From Thermoplasmatota archaeon (GTDB taxonomy: Archaea > Thermoplasmatota > Penumbrarchaeia > Penumbrarchaeales > Penumbrarchaeaceae), in assembly GCA_029762535.1 (NCBI GenBank), contig JARVGK010000032.1, positions 1 to 36,143 on the forward strand: a stretch of DNA of 36,143 nucleotides. The letters are read 5' to 3'. Position numbers and translations under genes: made by a program. Shown here piece after piece: positions 31,430 to 36,143 of this stretch. Below the pieces are notes generated by a model, which saw nothing but the letters and a program-made list of their open reading frames with translations, was not told where the DNA came from and ran no database searches. The number at the start of each line of letters is the position of its first letter. Position 1 is the first letter of the stretch.

Positions 31430-32588
31430 CCTCTATCAGAACCACCTCGGGCGGTGCCAGGAACCTTATCGGAGGACCCCACGTCGCAGCGCCGTTCGAG
31501 GTGTAGAGGTATGAGGGGCCCAGCCTGTGCACCCCCCTGTGGTATCTCCCAAAGGCCAGGCGGGTGGCCAGGTTGAAGGGGAAGATCTGGCCCGCATGGG
31601 TGTGGCCGCTGATCTGGAGGTCGATCCCCTTTACCGCGGCCTCGGGGAACATAAGCGGCCTGTGGTATGCGAAAACATGGTAGGAATCGTCGGTGCCTCT
31701 GATGTTCTCCGGAAGGGTCAGATCGGCCTTCCCCATCCGCATATCGGTGGGATCGTCCATGCCGTGCAAGGTGAGAGGGACGCCCCTCACCCTCACGCTC
31801 TGCCCCCTGAGAGCCGTTATGGACATCGAGGAGATCTCCTCGAGTATGTCCTTCAGATCGTGGAACGCCTCGTGATTTCCCGTGACGAAGAAGGTTGGGG
31901 CCGCCCGAGATAGCCTGGTGAGGACCTCCCTCGCCCATGGTATGTTCCGGGGCGATGTGTCGTATACGTCCCCGCCGAGAATGATGACGTCAGGTTCGAA
32001 GCTCAGAATTCGTCTGGCTATCTCCTCCATCCTTCGCCTTCCCACGATGACCCCCATATGAACGTCGGAGGCGAAGGCGATCCTCAAGCCTTTTGCGAAG
32101 GTCTTCTTCGTGGGGATCCCTATCCTCTTGCTCCTTAGCGCCCTCGCCTCGAGGATCCCCCAGAGTATTGGGGCCATGATCATGGTGGGATACGCGATCC
32201 GCATCAATTGATGCAGCGAGGGTCCCGCGCCGAGAACGGCGTCCGCTATCATGAACAGATACACCGGGACCGATGCGACAACGCCGTAGAAACTGCCTGC
32301 CAGAAGCAGCATCGATGCGACGTTGAGGGGTTTTAGAAGAAGGTGATATCCCCGGCTCGATAAAATCATGGAGGCGAGGACCATGACCTCGACCAGGGAG
32401 AAGGCCGCCAAAAGGACGGGGAAGGACCATGGCAGTTCGTAGAGGAGGTGGACCGCTGTGGATACGATCCCTCCCATGGCAAGCAGTACCGCCAGCACTA
32501 TCGATAGAAAGACCAGGACCGGCAGCAGGCCTTGTCCATTGGGTTGTTCCTTCTCGGGCATCAGGGATGCTGATGCGGATCGATTCAT
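31419..32588 (-). CDS. Membrane-anchored calcineurin-like metallophosphoesterase (YkuE/YaeI-like)
   Basis: About four N-terminal TM helices, then SDVH, GGDVYD, GNHE, HRP, SGHTHAGQ and GPPIR. Confidence 0.88.
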   Translation of the reverse strand: MNRSASASLMPEKEQPNGQGLLPVLVFLSIVLAVLLAMGGIVSTAVHLLYELPWSFPVLLAAFSLVEVMVLASMILSSRGYHLLLKPLNVASMLLLAGSFYGVVASVPVYLFMIADAVLGAGPSLHQLMRIAYPTMIMAPILWGILEARALRSKRIGIPTKKTFAKGLRIAFASDVHMGVIVGRRRMEEIARRILSFEPDVIILGGDVYDTSPRNIPWAREVLTRLSRAAPTFFVTGNHEAFHDLKDILEEISSMSITALRGQSVRVRGVPLTLHGMDDPTDMRMGKADLTLPENIRGTDDSYHVFAYHRPLMFPEAAVKGIDLQISGHTHAGQIFPFNLATRLAFGRYHRGVHRLGPSYLYTSNGAATWGPPIRFLAPPEVVLIEVTG

Positions 32589-32671
32589 TTATCCTTTCCC
32601 TTGAACGTCATTATATGTTGGCCGGTAAAAGGTTAATTACATTATCATCCATTCCCACCCAAGGTGTATTG

Positions 32672-32869
32672 ATGGCAAAGTACAACAAGGAAAGCCTCAA
32701 GGCGGAGAAGACAAGGATAAACCATCTGTTGGACCTGGAGAACCGGAACTGCGCTAAATGCAAGGACAAGGCCGAATCTGGCTGCGAGGGCTGCTACCAT
32801 GACAGGAGGAAGAAGCACCTCGCCGAGATGAAGGAGAGGATCGCCCAATCGCTGGCGAACGTCCAATGA
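32672..32869 (+). CDS. Small (65 aa) hypothetical protein with CxxC-x7-CxxC
   Basis: MAKYNKESLKAEKTRINHLLDLENRNCAKCKDKAESGCEGCYHDRRKKHLAEMKERIAQSLANVQ. RBS AGGTG and AT-rich promoter-like AAAAGGTTAATTA upstream. Codon style matches neighbouring genes. Confidence 0.65.
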   Translation: MAKYNKESLKAEKTRINHLLDLENRNCAKCKDKAESGCEGCYHDRRKKHLAEMKERIAQSLANVQ

Positions 32870-32896
32870 GGGGCCGTTACATTTCGGTGATTTGAT

Positions 32897-34648
32897 ATGG
32901 ATGAACAGCGGCCCCAAACGGAGGGGGGGGTCAGGGACCTTTACGCGCTTTTGAAGCGAAGGGGATATCTGTGGCCATCCTTCGAGATCTACGGAGGCGT
33001 GGCGGGATTCTACGATCTCGGGCCTCTGGGATCGCTTCTGAGGGAGAACGTGGAGGCGCTCTGGAGGAGTAAGTTCGTCCTCGAGGAGGGCTTCCAGCTC
33101 GTGGACTGCCCGAACATCACACCGGAGATCGTCTTCTTCCACAGCGGGCACCTGGACAAGTTCTCGGACGTTATGGTATCATGCTTGGAATGTTCCAGGC
33201 CGTTCCGGGCGGACCATCTCCTCGAAGGCGGTCCCGGGACCGATCCGGCGCTTATCGCACGGCTCTTTCGGGACAGGGGCATCGTCTGCCCCGACTGCGG
33301 AGGGGCCCTCTCGGAGCCTGAGGAGTTCAACCTGATGTTCTCGACAAGGATCGGCCCGGGATCCGACAAACGGGGTTATCTGCGCCCGGAGACGGCACAG
33401 AACATATTCATCAACTTCTCGAACCTCTACAGGCACGCCAGGAGCAGGCTGCCCTTCGGCGCGGCGCAGATAGGCAGGGGATTTCGCAACGAGATCAGCC
33501 CCCGCCAGGGACTCGTTAGGCTCAGGGAGTTCCACATGGCGGAGGGGGAGTTCTTCTTCGACCCGTTGGTAGAAGGCTTCGCGCCCTTTTCCAGATACAG
33601 GGACACTATGGTGAACCTCGTACCTGCCTCCTCCCCTGATGCGACCCTGCGTATGGACCTGGGCACCGCGGTCGAGGATGGGACCATCACCTCCGAGGTC
33701 CTCGCCCATTTCATGGGCGCGACTGCGTCCTTCGCCACATCCTTGGGGATCGCTCAGGAGAGGACCCGGTTCAGGCAGCATCTGCCCTCGGAGATGGCTC
33801 ATTACGCCCGGGACTGCTGGGACCTTGAGATCTCGACATCATACGGATGGGTGGAGATGGTAGGCATAGCGGACAGGTCCGCTTACGACCTGACCCAGCA
33901 TTCGAAAGGGTCGGGGACGGACCTCTCGGCCTTCAGGCGCTTCGACGAGCCCAAGGTGATCGAGGGAACGAGGCTTGTCCCCGACATGAAGGTCCTCGGT
34001 CCCATATTCAGGGGCAGGGCCAGGGAGGCGGGGGAGATAATATCCTCTATGGACCCATCCTCCGCCGGGTCCGCGATTGGCGAGGGTATAAGAATAGAGA
34101 TAGATGGGCAGCATTACGATGTCCCCGACAACGCCTACAGGATCGAAAGCTTCAGGGATGTCGTTCATCAGGAGAGGTTCGTACCGAACGTCATTGAGCC
34201 GTCCTTCGGCATGGACAGGCTGATGTTCGCGATCCTCGAACATTCATATTTCGAGGATCCGAACAGGGCCGAGGAGGGCGAGAGCGGGAAGGTCGAGCCC
34301 TACCGCATCCTCAGGCTCGATCCGGGCATTGCCCCCGTCAAATGCGGGGTGTTCCCTCTCCTGAACAGGGAGGACCTTTCGAGGATCGCACGGGACCTGG
34401 ATGCCGACTTGAGGCGTCAGGGACTGCAGACCAACTACGACGCGTCGGACTCGATAGGGAGGCGCTACGCCCGCATGGACGAGATCGGCACCCCCTTCTG
34501 CGCGACTGTGGACCACGACTCGCTCAAGGACGGCTGCGCGACCATCAGGGAGAGGGATACCCAGATGCAGAAGAGGATCCCCTTAAAGGACATTCCAGCG
34601 ATAGTCAAGAGGATGGTCGGAGGGGAGAAGACCTTCTCCGATATGTGA
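32897..34648 (+). CDS. glyS: Glycine--tRNA ligase (archaeal/eukaryotic homodimeric type)
   Basis: EIYGGVAGFYDLGPLG, LRPETAQ, FRNEISPRQGLVRLREF, EMAHYA, GIADR, VIEPSFG, and the anticodon-binding SIGRRYARMDEIGTPF. Confidence 0.97.
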   Translation: MDEQRPQTEGGVRDLYALLKRRGYLWPSFEIYGGVAGFYDLGPLGSLLRENVEALWRSKFVLEEGFQLVDCPNITPEIVFFHSGHLDKFSDVMVSCLECSRPFRADHLLEGGPGTDPALIARLFRDRGIVCPDCGGALSEPEEFNLMFSTRIGPGSDKRGYLRPETAQNIFINFSNLYRHARSRLPFGAAQIGRGFRNEISPRQGLVRLREFHMAEGEFFFDPLVEGFAPFSRYRDTMVNLVPASSPDATLRMDLGTAVEDGTITSEVLAHFMGATASFATSLGIAQERTRFRQHLPSEMAHYARDCWDLEISTSYGWVEMVGIADRSAYDLTQHSKGSGTDLSAFRRFDEPKVIEGTRLVPDMKVLGPIFRGRAREAGEIISSMDPSSAGSAIGEGIRIEIDGQHYDVPDNAYRIESFRDVVHQERFVPNVIEPSFGMDRLMFAILEHSYFEDPNRAEEGESGKVEPYRILRLDPGIAPVKCGVFPLLNREDLSRIARDLDADLRRQGLQTNYDASDSIGRRYARMDEIGTPFCATVDHDSLKDGCATIRERDTQMQKRIPLKDIPAIVKRMVGGEKTFSDM

Positions 34649-34652
34649 TCCC

Positions 34653-35387
34653 TCATCTATTCATCAGCTTCCTGATCATGAAGAACGGCAGGGCCAGGAC
34701 AAGGGCGATGAGTCCGGCTATCAGCCCGACGACGACGACCCATCCCAGAATGTCCATGACCGCCCCGAGGATCGGGAAATCCCAGGAGGGAGCGAGCTTT
34801 CCCATGAGGAGGATCCAAACCAGGGTCCCCAACAGGACCGCCGCGAGGCCCGGAAGGCCGTTCTTCATGTCCTGGGTGGAAGGGGATAGGGCCACGATGC
34901 CCGATGCGCAGAAGTAGAGATAGAGCAGGAACCAGTAGGCCCTGAGATCGAAGAGGTTCACCTTGATGAGATCGAAGGTGGCGCCCAGGGTGTCGAGGAG
35001 TACGCGCCCGGGACTGCCGGAAATGTCCAGGTCCCATGAGAGCGAGCAGCCCAGCAGATGGTCGAAGACGAGCCCCAGAAGGATGATTACGATTGGGATC
35101 CCAAAGAAGGGCGCCATGGAGATGAGCGCCTGTCCCACGATCCCGCCTTTGGGTGGGCCGTGGGTCACGGATCCTCCCTCGCGGGAGATGAGGACCACCC
35201 TTGCCACCTTAGCCCCGCTGAGCTTGCATGCGATGTAGTGGCTGAGCTCGTGGACAATGATCCCCGGGGCGGCGAAGGCTATGTAGAGCCATCGGGCCAG
35301 CGATCGGGCCCAGAGGCGATCCAGGGCCCAGCTTATCAGGATCACGGCGGCGAACCAGAGAACGAGGTTCACGTAACGGTAGAGCAT
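34653..35387 (-). CDS. Integral membrane protein with HExxH (M50-like putative metalloprotease)
   Basis: PGIIVHELSHYIACKLSGA, ISMAPFF and SPSTQD, with multiple TM helices. TATA-like CTTTAAATAA about 25 nt upstream suggests a leaderless transcript. Confidence 0.75.
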   Translation of the reverse strand: MLYRYVNLVLWFAAVILISWALDRLWARSLARWLYIAFAAPGIIVHELSHYIACKLSGAKVARVVLISREGGSVTHGPPKGGIVGQALISMAPFFGIPIVIILLGLVFDHLLGCSLSWDLDISGSPGRVLLDTLGATFDLIKVNLFDLRAYWFLLYLYFCASGIVALSPSTQDMKNGLPGLAAVLLGTLVWILLMGKLAPSWDFPILGAVMDILGWVVVVGLIAGLIALVLALPFFMIRKLMNR

Positions 35388-35459
35388 CCGATCATTATCG
35401 ATGACGTTTTATTTAAAGATGGGATCCGCATTGAATTTACCAAAGGGCCAAATGGTTCA

Positions 35460-36143
35460 TCATTGATCGACGCTCTCCCAGTCATCCGCATCATGGATCG
35501 TTTCCCGAGACCTTTTCCTATTCATTATGAACAGGATATAAACACACTCGATCAGAAGGATCAGAATGAGAAGCACCCACCAATGATCAAGGATCGATCC
35601 CTTGTCCTCTTCGATCTCTTTTTCTTCGATCGCATACACTTCTACCAAACATGCGGCCTCGGCCGAATTGCCCTCTGCATCATTTACGATCAGGTGAATA
35701 GTGTAATTGCCCACAACAGTGAAATTGTACTCCGCGAACTTGCCGAAAAGATATTCCGTCCCATTGGCAGTTTCAAAGCTCCAGGTCCAGTTCACAACCC
35801 CGACATTGTCCCGGCTTCCGGAACCATCAAGGAGAACTATAGTTCTTATCTTCACTCTTTGGTCCGGACCAGCATTAGCAACAGGTTGAGTGACGTCACG
35901 GACCCACACGAGGATCCGATCCTCGGCGCTGTTGCCCGCAACATCGGACACATTCAGGAACACCTCGAATATCCCGATCCTAGAGAAATGATACGATGGG
36001 GAGATACCGTAGAGCATTACCTCCTTGTCTATGCCGTATATCGACTCCCAAATAAAGCTCCAGGTCCAGTTCACAACCCCGACATTGTCCCGGCTCCCGG
36101 AACCGTCAAAGAAAAGGACCAAACCCTCCTCGATATCGCGATC
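35460..36143 (-). CDS. PKD-repeat cell-surface protein with a C-terminal TM anchor (partial, 5' end outside window)
   Basis: The frame is open to the window end (DRDIEEGLVLFFDGSGSRDNVGVVNWTWSF...). Two PKD domains (PVANAGPDQ...DGSGSRDN...WTWSF...G-x-Y-x-I-x-L-x-V-x-D), then WWVLLILILLIECVYILFIM and a charged tail. Confidence 0.85.
   Translation of the reverse strand, partial: DRDIEEGLVLFFDGSGSRDNVGVVNWTWSFIWESIYGIDKEVMLYGISPSYHFSRIGIFEVFLNVSDVAGNSAEDRILVWVRDVTQPVANAGPDQRVKIRTIVLLDGSGSRDNVGVVNWTWSFETANGTEYLFGKFAEYNFTVVGNYTIHLIVNDAEGNSAEAACLVEVYAIEEKEIEEDKGSILDHWWVLLILILLIECVYILFIMNRKRSRETIHDADDWESVDQ
35775..36109. repeat. 56-bp near-identical direct repeat between adjacent PKD domains (35775-35830 and 36054-36109)
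   Basis: aaagctccaggtccagttcacaaccccgacattgtcccggct[t/c]ccggaacc[a/g]tcaa, 54/56 identical. Confidence 0.9.

Overview
Archaeal chromosomal segment, most consistent with a GC-rich Thermoplasmatota lineage (unsplit rpoB, N-terminally extended rpoA2, Trm56-HD fusion, protease-less Lon next to dnaG). The left end (1-2600) is accessory: the right end of an IS481-like element, a formylglycine-generating-enzyme-fold lipoprotein and an AbrB/VapC toxin-antitoxin pair. A long minus-strand block follows: dnaG, Lon-like ATPase, two coiled-coil proteins, tsaC, map, purM, tRNA-Lys(UUU), rpoH-B-A1-A2-rpl30e, ftsZ-secE-spt5, a 1398-aa CoA-activase/dehydratase fusion, an LbH acyltransferase and an ADP-forming acyl-CoA synthetase. 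The right end holds an ArsR-like regulator, trm56-HD, a metallophosphoesterase, a small Cys4 protein, glyS, an HExxH membrane protein and the 3' part of a PKD surface protein. Four observations stand out. (1) RNA polymerase subunit A'' is 722 aa with about 325 extra N-terminal residues, including an HhH-like motif and a putative PUA/EVE/ASCH-like domain. (2) tRNA-Lys has a 41-nt intron at non-canonical D-loop position 20/21 with a relaxed BHL splice motif. (3) The 1398-aa fusion has the architecture of bacterial plasmalogen synthase (PlsA/Ger). (4) The soluble, protease-less Lon ATPase ends in a penultimate Tyr (HbYX-like) and is translationally coupled to two coiled-coil proteins. All assignments come from motif recognition by eye; no searches were run.
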